Assembly (NCBI RefSeq): GCF_006345805.1
Contig: NC_043002.1
Span: 120,280,001-120,344,000 of the forward strand
DNA length: 64,000 nt
Direction: 5' to 3'
DNA from: Octopus sinensis
Lineage: Eukaryota
Shown: positions 53,401-64,000 of the stretch, one piece after another
How the letters are laid out: each line of letters begins with the position of its first letter
Numbering within the stretch: position 1 is the first letter of the stretch
Translations under genes and position numbers: made by a program
Notes under the pieces: generated by a model
Database searches by the model: none
Told to the model about the DNA's origin: nothing
The model's input: the letters and a program-made list of their open reading frames with translations, nothing else

Positions 53401-53700
53401 TGCCCCCATACGAAGCATCTCAGTATGAAAGTGGAAGTACTCAATAACAAGAAAGATAGACGGCATAAGAGGCCTTGACTAATGGGGTCGACTAAAAGAA
53501 CCCAATATTCTACTCTCTCCAACGTCACCGGGAGCGTTACATCATTTGTGTGATGTGGAAAATATTCCATCAATATTGCACAAATGATGTTGACATCAAT
53601 CTTAAAATACATCCAAGACTTTGCCCCCGTGATATCTGCCCACTACAAAAATCGAACTCGGTACACATAGCAACATTACGTCACAATTTACCTCAACCGG
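50440..53700 (+). mobile_element. CR1-group LINE, decayed (ORF1 with CCCH-like motifs, APE EN, RT)
   Basis: PKICHYSLRKRLCTDTDCKFTHLSGT; LTETQL, RADR, HRPP, MGEFNLP, DTLDLVFSN; NYRPISLTSHIIKVFEK, YLDLSKAFD, LGPLVFTIYIND, FEDDSKL, RPHLEYCCPL. Confidence 0.93.
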
Positions 53701-53815
53701 TCCAGTTCTCTTCATACAATGCCATTCGAAATCAATGCCGGATGACGCCGAGCATACACATATACGGCTGAAAAAATACAATTAAATTAAGTCACAAGCG
53801 GATAAGATGGCAGGG

Positions 53816-53960
<145 letters not shown>

Positions 53961-54395
53961 GGGTTGTATGACATAATCCTAATGTTTTAAGTTTCTAATT
54001 TAGATAATGGAGTATAAGAAAAATTATTATTTTATTCATTTCTTAAAAATATTCCTTAAATCTATTTAATTATTATCATTAACCTGAAGATTGACTATAA
54101 TTTTAGTTCGAATTTATTTCAATTGAATTTAAATTTAATTGTAATTCGAATTGAATTATAGCCATGAAACGTACGTAGTGTTTTTACTTAAATTATATTT
54201 ATCATTCTTTTTATACTTTTTGGAAAAAAATTATATATATATATTATTTATATATATATATTATATATTATATTACTTATATTTATATTATTTATTTATG
54301 TATTGGTTTATGTCTATCATTGTTTGAGTTGCCTAATACGGGCTTTATCTCTAATTCATATTTTATATATATATATATATACACACATATATGTA

Positions 54396-54495
54396 GGTGC
54401 AGGAGTGGCTGTATGGTAAGAAGCTTGCTCCCTAACCACATGGTTCCAGGTTCTATACGGAAACTGAAAGAAGCCCGATGTATATATATATACAT

Positions 54496-54541
<46 letters not shown>

Positions 54542-54760
54542 TATATATTGTGTTTGTGCCTATATTTGTCCCCTCATGATCCCTTGACAACCGATGTTGA
54601 TGAATCTACATTCCTGTATCTTAGCAGTTCGGCAAAATTGATCGATAGAATAAGTACTAGTTCTACAAAGTATAAGTCCTGGCGTCGGTTTGTTCGACTA
54701 AAGGCGGTGCTCCAGCATCGCCGCTGTCAGATCACTGAAACAACTAAATGAATAAAAGAA
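54396..54760 (+). mobile_element. SINE family A, internally deleted older copy
   Basis: head and tail present; the ~70 bp after the B-box is missing. Confidence 0.85.
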
Positions 54761-55548
54761 TATCATCATCAATAATATTAATTTGCTACCTTTATGTTTT
54801 TGCACGTACTTGTTGAGTGCGTCACATTTACTTCAAAGAAGTGGCAAAGCGAGAGAGAAGAGGACAGAGAGGCAATGAGAGAGAGAGAGAAAAGGAGAGT
54901 GAGAGAGAGTGGGGAAGAAAGAGAGAGTATATACAGAGATGCATATACACATTGTTAAATCAAAAGCGGGAGAGAAGAGGGACATAAAGTGAAACAGAAA
55001 GAGAGGTGAGAGAGAGACAGTAGATGCATAAATCCAAAGAAAAGTTTATACACAGATACATACACATAACAAATATTGAATATTAATTTCACTTTTCATT
55101 ACCACACGTTTATAAAATCAACTCACAAATGGCTGAGTACTCCAGAGACATGCATAACATTAACGTAGTTCTCAGGGAGATTCAGCCTCACACAGAATAT
55201 GACAAGGCTGGCCCTTTTTGAATTACAGCTACAACTCGTGACATATATGTGTGTGTGTGTGTCTGCGTCTGTATGTATGTATGTATGTATGTATGTATGT
55301 ATGTATGTATGTATGTATGTATGTATTTGTGTATGTGTGTATAGTTTAGGTTAGTTAAAACATGTTTGCAATAATAAATGTCACGTACTGGAAATAATAG
55401 TAATTACCAATCTTTCATTTCTAAATCCATTTATTATTTCTTTCTTTTGCATTTCAATTTGTACGTTAAAGTTCTTTGAATATGTGCGATGTATTTTAAG
55501 GTTAAATAGTAATTCCGTTTACGTTTGCGTAACTGAGATATTTTGGTT

Positions 55549-55727
55549 GGACTCGCGGTTTCGATTTCTAGACCGGGCGTTGTGAGTGTTTATTAAGCGA
55601 AAACACCTAAAGCTCCACGCGGCTCCGGCAGGGGGTGGTGGCGATCCCTGCTGTACTCTTTCACCCAAACTTTCTCTCACTCTTTCTTCTGTTAGCCTGC
55701 TCGCTTAGCCAGCGGGGTGGCGTCATT
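55549..55727 (+). mobile_element. truncated SINE family C variant (same tail type as 56762-57053)
   Basis: near-identical to 56796-56975. Confidence 0.85.
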
Positions 55728-55779
55728 GGTGTAACATTACTTTCTATATTCTATAACTGTCACAATATACTTTTCTAGG

Positions 55780-55920
55780 CCTGAATTTGTTTGTCGGGAG
55801 TTGGGGTTAGTTGATTAGATCGACCCCAGTTCACAACTGATACTTAATTTATTGACTCCGAAAGACGAAAGGCAAAGTCGATCTTGGCAGAATTTGAACT
55901 CAGAAGGTAAAGACAGACGG
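55780..55920 (-). mobile_element. SINE family B fragment
   Basis: tcgaccccagt...gaaaggcaaagtcgatcttggcagaatttgaactcagaa. Confidence 0.75.
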
Positions 55921-56416
55921 TTATAATATACAAATATTTCCTATGGTACCAGTACACTGTTTACATATGCTTACACTTTTTCATGTTTTCCGTGAATTTT
56001 TCACGGGTCCAGCTAGTATATATTAAAGTGGAGCGTATATTCATGATGCGGGTAGTGCTCAAAAGTTGTGAATTGACAAAAGAATAACTGGTGTAAAATC
56101 TTAGAACTCTTAGAACGACTTCAACATGTTTTTTTTCTCTAACTTCATCTGCCTTAAAAAAAAAAAACCTTGAAAAATATGCAAAAATATCGTAAACATT
56201 GTGATTTATCGAATTCAGAAAAAATTTCATGTAGATATAAATTACAGTACATCTCCGTTCCTGTTTGTGTGGGTAGAAGACGAAGTCACAAAAAAGAATA
56301 CATTTAAGTGGTATTTTAGAGTAATTTCATCACAGTCATCTAAAAGCTATCCGAAGAACATACTATGAAAATTGTATTTACAAGCTCATAGATAAGTATA
56401 GCTAATATATATATAG

Positions 56417-56478
56417 AAATTTATAAATAAGGATAATATCGATATTTAAATATCGATATTATCCTTATTTATAAATTT
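56417..56478. repeat. perfect 62-bp palindrome
   Basis: aaatttataaataaggataatatcgatattt|aaatatcgatattatccttatttataaattt. Confidence 0.95.
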
Positions 56479-56627
56479 ATATAATTCGTCACTATATTCA
56501 CTGCGGTGTTTATTTTGACCATATCGGGTTTACGAGGTAGTTGGCGGGCAATTTAAATCTGGCCTTGTACATACGTGCATATATATGTATATTTGGACGT
56601 TCGTATATGTAAGTATAACGTGTGCTC

Positions 56628-56674
<47 letters not shown>

Positions 56675-56685
56675 ATATGTCTATG

Positions 56686-56724
<39 letters not shown>

Positions 56725-56761
56725 ATGCGTGCGTTTGTGTGTGTGTGTGTGTGTGTGTAAA

Positions 56762-57053
56762 AGTGCAGACGCAGTGGACCAGTGGTTAGGGCAGCGGACT
56801 CGCGGTTTCGATTTCTAGACCGGGCGTTGTGAGTGTTTATTAAGCGAAAACACCTAAAGCTCCACGAGGCTCCGGCAGGGGGTGGTGGCGATCCCTGCTG
56901 TACTCTTTCGCCCAAACTTTCTCTCACTCTTTCTTCTGTTAGCCTGCTCGCTTAGCCAGCGGGGTGGCGTCATTTGAAGGCTAAAACAATGCGAAGCGTA
57001 TTGTGACCAGCAATGTGTAGCAACATCTAATAGCCTGGTCAATCACGGTGATA
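56762..57053 (+). mobile_element. SINE family C head with a third type of 3' body
   Basis: C head to ...tttctctcactctttctt, then ctgttagcctgctcgcttagccagcggggtggcgtc...tcacggtgata. Confidence 0.85.
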
Positions 57054-57060
57054 CATAGGT

Positions 57061-57099
<39 letters not shown>

Positions 57100-57341
57100 T
57101 GTGTGTTTGTGTGTGTGTGTGTATAAACATATATATATATATATTTATATATATCATAACTACAACCTCGTTACACGAGAGAGTCATTGCCAAGGAGACT
57201 TACTGGAATGCTTCATTATTGATGCAACATGATGCCCTTATATGACCCTTAAGCCCAGCCAAGCTTTTACACATTACATACTAGACGCCTTTGCTGGCTG
57301 GTAGGAGAAACAGGTGCCACGAAATGCACTGTATATATATA

Positions 57342-57503
57342 GGCGCAGGAGTGGCTGTGTGGTAAGTAGCTTGCTTACCAATCACACGGTTCTGGGTTCA
57401 GTCCCACTGCGTGGCACCTTGGGCAAGTGTCTTCTACCATAGCCTCGGGCCGACCAAAGCTTTGTGAGTGGATTTGGTAAACGGAAACTGAAAGAAGCCC
57501 GTC

Positions 57504-57545
<42 letters not shown>

Positions 57546-57782
57546 GTGTGTGTGTGTGTTTGTGTGTCTGTGTTTGTCCCCCCCCCCAACATCACTTGAC
57601 AACCGATGTTGGTGTGTTTACGTCCCCGTTACTTAGCGGTTTGGCAAAAGAGACCGATAGAATAAGTACTAGGCTTTAAAAAAAATAAGTCCTGAGGTCG
57701 ATTTGCTAGACTAAAAAGGCGGTGCTCCAGCATGGCCGCAGTCAAATGACTGAAACAAGTAAAAGAGTAAAGAGTAAAGAGA
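57342..57782 (+). mobile_element. SINE family A, full length
   Basis: complete head, internal TA/TG repeat and (AAGAGTA)n tail. Confidence 0.95.
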
Positions 57783-57960
57783 TATATATACATAATGAAA
57801 CCTCACAATCCAAGAAAACCATTCCTGATCTCACAGAAGGATTCGTAAGAGATGCGTAAAAGCAGTGACTTAAATAGTATACCACGATGGCTATTAGAAA
57901 GCGGTGATCTAACATCCCCAGTGCCCATAGTAGGGTTCAATCCAAATAGAAAAAACATAT

Positions 57961-60570
57961 TACTCTCTTTACTCTTTTACTTGTTTCAGTCATTTGACTG
58001 CGGCCATGCTGGAGCACCGCCTTTAGTCGAGCAAATCGACCCCGGGACTTATTCTTTGTAAGCCCAGTACTTATTCTATCGGTCTCTTTTTCCGAACCGC
58101 TAAGTGACGGGGACGTAAACACACCAGCATCGGTTGTCAAGCAATGCTAGGGGGACAAACACAGACACACAAACACATACACATACACACATATATATAT
58201 ATATACATATATACGACGAGCTTATTTCAGTTTCCGTCTACCAAATCCACTCACAAGGCATTGGTCGGCCCGGGGCTATAGCAGAAGACACTTGCCCAAG
58301 ATGCCACGCAGTGGGACTGAACCCGGAACCATATGGTTGGTTAGCAAGCTACTTTATTTCAAAACATTTGCCATAAAGGCAGTACATAGATTAAGTTAGC
58401 TTTGCGGGCTGGACGAGGACATTCATGAAGTGAATGATAATGAAAGAAAGATGATAAGGATGGGAGAAGACAGAAAGCGCCCGCCGACTTTTGCTTCTCT
58501 AAAACATTGTTCTTTTTAAAAAGATAAACACAAAACGAGGTATTAAACCTCTTACAATTTTTACAATTTTTGGACTTAGCAGTCCATTATTAATACAAAA
58601 CGAGGTATTAAACCTCTTTCAATTTTTCAATTTTGGGACTTAAGTCCATTACTAATAATACATATCGTCCTCGAAATAGCTTGTGCCCGCGCCCTCCACC
58701 ATCAACCACGCCTCCCTCAGAACGTAGTCAAGTTCCGAGTTCGCGTCGCCCAGGACCAAGTTATAATCTTCATTGAGCTCCTTTAGCCCTAGCGTCACGT
58801 CGAACGCCACGGCCTCCACAGCTACCTGCGGAGGATATTCGGGGTCCTCTGTGAAGGCTAAAGGTGCTCCCTTGTAGTGCTCTTCCATCACTTTTTCAAT
58901 TTCTCCTCCTCTATAGAAGAGGACCAATACATTCAGTTCTTTCGTTGGCGGCACAGTTTCCGCCAACGGTATTCTTTCTCTTGTCGGTGGCACAACCCCA
59001 ACCGACGTAGTTCCGCGACATTCCGGTGCTACACTGACAGCCGGTAATGTCCCGTTTTTCTTCCTCTTTTTCTTTTTTTTCCCCTTTTCAACTGAGGGAG
59101 GGTGCGTCTCCTCCGTGGCTGGAAGATTCGCCTTCCTCTCCTCATCCCTATTATCCTTTGGTGAGCATCCATTGTTGCTCACCTTCCTCTTTCGGCCTCT
59201 TTTTTTGAGGAGTCCTCTGCTTTCTCGGCCGTTATCGTTCCCTCTTCTAGAGGGGTTTTACTTAACTATTCCGGGATCCTATTTTGTTCCCGAGGACAGT
59301 TCTTCTTTATGTGGCCGGACTCCAAGCACCGATGACACTTAGGGGGGCGACCCTCAAGCATCACCGGGTACCTGCACCCGGTCATTTTCAAAAAATCTGG
59401 AAGAACCAGATTGGCTGATTGGGTCCACAGGGTCAAAATTGCTTTTGACCCAACCCAAGCGGATAGTCTCCTCTATCCACTCGGGTTCTATGTCGGGTGG
59501 CAGTCCGCAGATCCAAGCTTTCATTAATTTCTTTTTTTTGTACGTGGGCAGGAATAAGATTTCCTTACCCTCCAAGGGTTTGCTAGCAAATTTGCAAGCC
59601 TCTTCAGGGGTGTCAAATAGCAACCACACCGTTGCATATTTGACACCCCTGGAAATGAATTTAATTTTTGGCAAATACTCTTCCAACTCCTTTTCAATTG
59701 CCGTCTTTTCGAATAGGGCGATGGTGTCAAGTGCCTTGGAGTAGGTTCTCAACACCACCGTCCTATCTTCACGGTCTTTTAACCATTTTTTAGGTGGTAT
59801 GATTTCCCACTCCAAAATTTTGTTATTTTTCATTGCCATGTTTTTTTTAAAATATATTCAAATTAAACTCAAAAGCAGGAAGAAAAAGTTCAAAAGTCCA
59901 AATAAAATTGATAGATTTTTGAAAAAACAAAAAGGAGAAAGCACAACAGAAGGGAAGAAATTAACGGAAAGTCGCAATAAAGAAAAAAAACAAAAGGGGG
60001 GGTTAAATGAAGTTCAAAAGAAAGTTAATAAACAGAAAAAACACAGCAAAAATATTCTGGCCTTGCGGTACTCCCGGCCTGGGTTGAACCTGGAACGCCG
60101 CAACTGCAACACAACCTCCACAAAAATGGGTCCGAAAGGTAATCCAATAGTGGCTTATTTTTATAATTTTCATGCGAAGTACTCTGACAAGGGAATAAAT
60201 TCAACAAACCCAAACACAGCACTGGCTACCGCCAACAGTAATTTTAACAGTAACTGTATTGAATTCTGAGGATACGCCCCTCCACTGTTTTTTTCTTTTT
60301 TTTTTCAATGAACACAAAAACGGCAGCCGCCGAGAGCAGGCGAAATTGTCTCAGAGTTGGACACAACCTACTGAAATAATAATTGGCACGCAATAAATTA
60401 TGCCCAACTCACAATAAACAAAATCACTTACCACGACAACTTTCCGTTTTTGGTTTTTTTTCTTTAATTGGACAGAGCTGATTGACTCGCGTCCACTCTG
60501 GCTGAACAGGAAGCAGCTGACTAATTGCGCATGTGCGTTAGCAAGCTACTTACCACACAGCCACTCCTGC
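57961..60570 (-). mobile_element. SINE family A (young subfamily) split by a 2.2-kb insertion
   Basis: 3' part at 57961-58354 and 5' head at 60537-60570 (gcaggagtggctgtgtggtaagtagcttgctaac on -). Confidence 0.93.
58355..60536 (-). mobile_element. ORF1-only non-LTR retroelement (HAL1-like; RRM-like domain plus CCHC knuckle), 15-bp TSD
   Basis: TSD gttagcaagctactt at 58340-58354 and 60537-60551. ORF from ATG 59839; zinc knuckle CHRCLESGHIKKNC at 59337-59296; C-terminal ORF to 58652; ends at AATAAA; no EN/RT motifs. Confidence 0.85.
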
Positions 60571-61259
60571 GTATCCTTCATAGATTGATAACTTGATGCA
60601 AATATTAGCACCAAATATTATTGGTGAGACTTGTACGGAGTTTCATTTCTTTCATCTATGTATGAACAATAATAACGAATGGTATCTATGCTTCCCTCTC
60701 TAAACACACACACACGCACACATGCTGTGTATATATGTATACGTGTGTGTGTGTGTGGGCACGCGCGCACACTGTACTCCCGTTCGACTGTCTCTAAGTA
60801 TATATTTTTTCTTGGATCTTAACTCCTTTTTGTCATGTCTCCCATTCTCTCTAAACACATATAGATATTACTTATGTATTCCTATTTCTCAACTGTTTAA
60901 ACTCCTGTCGTTTTTCTCCCAATATCTCCCAATATCTCCCAATATTTCCATTACTACTTTTAACTTTTATTATTTATTTCTGCTTCTCCTCTTTCAGTGA
61001 GAAATTTTTCTTTTACCTTTCAACATTATTTGTTTTATCAACATTGCGTTAACATTTTATCAGTATATATCAATAACTCTCTTTATAATGGGATACATAT
61101 ATATCTATATATATCAATACGTATATGCATAAGAAAAAATGGAAGTGTATATATACATATATCTGCTTCATTGAGATATATAAATGTATATACCAATATA
61201 GATATGAATACGTTCATCAACGTATGTAAGTATTTGTATATATTCTTTTTTTAATTTAT

Positions 61260-61302
61260 CTAGTTTCAGCTCACGAGCTGTGGCGATGCTGGGGCACCGC
61301 CA
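61260..61302 (-). mobile_element. isolated CR1/SINE-A type 3' tail
   Basis: reverse complement tggcggtgccccagcatcgccacagctcgtgagctgaaacta. Confidence 0.65.
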
Positions 61303-61476
61303 TTTATATATAATTTTAATGTATCGACTTACAAGATTTATAAAATTTATAGAGAAATATATCAAAACCAAATTAAACATTAACTGAAATACGTGTTACA
61401 AATAGAGGAGTTAAAATTTATTCATTGTAGATAAGAAATTAACAATTTTGAAGTTTCTCAAAAAAAACACACACGC

Positions 61477-61554
<78 letters not shown>

Positions 61555-61655
61555 CATACATTCATACATACGTATGTATGTATATACATACATTCATACA
61601 TACGTATGTACATCTATACGTACATCTATACGTACATATATCTATACGTACATAT

Positions 61656-61746
<91 letters not shown>

Positions 61747-63054
61747 TATATACAGAAGTACACACATCCATAACTACTTATCGATCGAGCAATCTCAAAT
61801 CTCTCTACTCATTTAGTTTACACACGTTCCAATATAGCACCCTTTACGTTTTTACCCTGGTTAACAGAATAGTATGTTTCTATTGATGTCATCTATTCGG
61901 CAATTTCTTCCAGTTCATTTCACTCTTACACATCACATTGTCCACATAAATATTCTAAATATTTTTATAGCTAATTTTCTTGCTTGTAATTATTCATAAA
62001 TGTTAAATTACGTTTTACAAATACTTGAAAATATTGTCAAAGTGAACTTTTTTTTCAGTTGTATAGGCCTACGTATGTATACATGGAAAAATGGCCTTAG
62101 ACGACGCTTACACGCTTATTTTTCTCCACAGCTCCTTTACAGCTATATATCAAACCAATATTTTTGATTGTCGATTCTGAAGTTGCATCGATACCTAAAT
62201 TTTTGCTCCTTTATTTTTATTAGTTATCTTCTCCGGTTTCCATTTAAAAGTTCCTTTACTTCTTTATGATAATATCTTTAAGACAACCGTAAATATTTCC
62301 CTACCTTCTCGTATTTTACTACTAATTTGGGTTTTTTTAAAGCTCACATTATTTTCTCGTCTTACACTTACGTAAGTACATACGCGCACGCATGTCCATG
62401 CACTCACATCTGTACTTGTGTGTGTGTGAATGCACATGCATGTTTGCCTCTTCAAGTGTATAGCATTTATGAATGTATCATCAATTTATAAATGAATAGA
62501 TATGGGGAATTAAAAGGCTTTTAACATAAATAAAAAAAGGTAGAAAAACGAAGATAATCCATTTAAGTTATCTTTATTTTAGTCTTTTAAAATATTTTAT
62601 GGTGCGATTTATTGCCTCATATTTTGAATGTCTTGAAATGCCATTTTATAGCATGTAATGGTTATTGCCCTTCAGACTTTTGTTCAATATATCTAAAGGA
62701 TGGAATCTATGTACATTGGAGATTTCTCTATACTTTCTGATTACAGTTTTCTTTTTACTAATATTAATTTTCCACGTATTATTAGTTTTATAGCTATATG
62801 AATAGGTGTAAAGAGCTAATATTTTTATTTCACCTTTTTTTTAATTTATGGAGTTTATTCATTCGGATCAAGGCGATCAATTGCTGCTTACCGACAGACC
62901 CAAGGATCTAATTCAGTACTTGTTGAGATGTCGGAGGAATTCTTGGTTGCAAATAATTTATGAAAAATATGGTTCATACCACGTATTTGTTAATTTATTA
63001 AGACTAACATTTGAGGTAGTAGCTGATTTCTAAAAAAACATAGATATGTAAGTC

Positions 63055-63130
63055 GGTAGGTCGGTAGGTAGGTAGTCAGGCAGGCAGACAGGCAAGCAAG
63101 CAAGCTAGCAGGCAGGTAGGTAGGTAGGTT

Positions 63131-63210
<80 letters not shown>

Positions 63211-63320
63211 TGTATGTAGGTAGGTAGGTAGGTAGGTAGGTAGGTAGGTAGGTAGGTAGGTAGGTAGGTAGATAGGCAGGTAGGTAGGTAGGCTGGCAGA
63301 CAGGCAAGCAAGCAGGCAGA
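63055..63320. repeat. compound (GGTA)n/(GATA)n/(GGCA)n microsatellite
   Basis: direct reading. Confidence 0.95.
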
Positions 63321-64000
63321 CAGTTCTGTGATAATCCAAACCATCTATGAAGCGAAGCAGTTCTGAGGGTTGGAAAATTTATGGAGCTCTTAAAAATTAT
63401 CAAATTATCACCATCAATTATAAAGGAAACGAATAGATTTAAATATGTCCCCTACTTCGGTGAAGCACCGCAGAGATATTTATAGTTAAACTGTCCCTTA
63501 GTATTGTGGAAGAAATTAAACATCACCTCCATTGCACTGACTTTTCAAAATAAATTATTGACACCTTTAGACTGGACATAAAAGAACATTGAAAGCTCAG
63601 TTTATTAACGGGAAATAACTTACCAGCACTGCCTGTATGGAAAGAATGCTGAGAACATCTAGAACCATTTCTGCCAAATCAGCAATTATTATCCTTTTAA
63701 ATTATTGTCACTGATACGTGTTTGTGTACGTGTATGTTTGTGTGTGATAATTTGGATTTCGGCTACTTAAAGGCTCGACACTATTAAATGTTTCTCTTAG
63801 CATATATGTTACAAGTTGGCAGGTCTCTTTAGAAGTCTGTTATGCAACATAATACATGCATTATGTAGAATATTTCTAATATAATTTGATTGCTCCATTA
63901 GTAGCAATTTGTCATTGATTGACACATAGTTAATCTTGAATAATGATGTGAATACTGTTTCAGAAGCCACTGGTGATATGTAAATGACATCTAAATGTAT

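Overview
AT-rich, microsatellite-dense animal genomic DNA. The SINE/LINE/Penelope repertoire and the receptor type suggest an octopus or other coleoid cephalopod (inference). One host gene is supportable: three phase-compatible exons on + (1401-1510, 5993-6207, 10145-10474) encoding about 218 aa of a divergent nicotinic-acetylcholine-receptor-like Cys-loop channel. It lacks the loop A Tyr and the loop C YxCC motif and has an unusual M2 pore helix. I could not find its TM3/TM4 exons in the remaining 53 kb. The rest is mostly retroelements: an R4/Dong-type RLE LINE in a (TAA)n array, two decayed CR1-group LINEs, RTE fragments, Penelope-like fragments, a mariner remnant and three tRNA-derived SINE families (my labels A, B, C). 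The most notable observations are: (i) the orphan Cys-loop receptor; (ii) minimal hammerhead ribozymes in Penelope-type repeats, two families carrying a compensatory U3-A8 core instead of C3-G8; (iii) a 2.2-kb ORF1-only (HAL1-like) retroelement with a 15-bp TSD inserted into a young SINE; (iv) LINE-SINE shared 3' tails, modular SINEs and short LINE fragments captured inside microsatellites. Most ORFs in the supplied track are microsatellite artefacts. Repeat boundaries are approximate unless a TSD is given.
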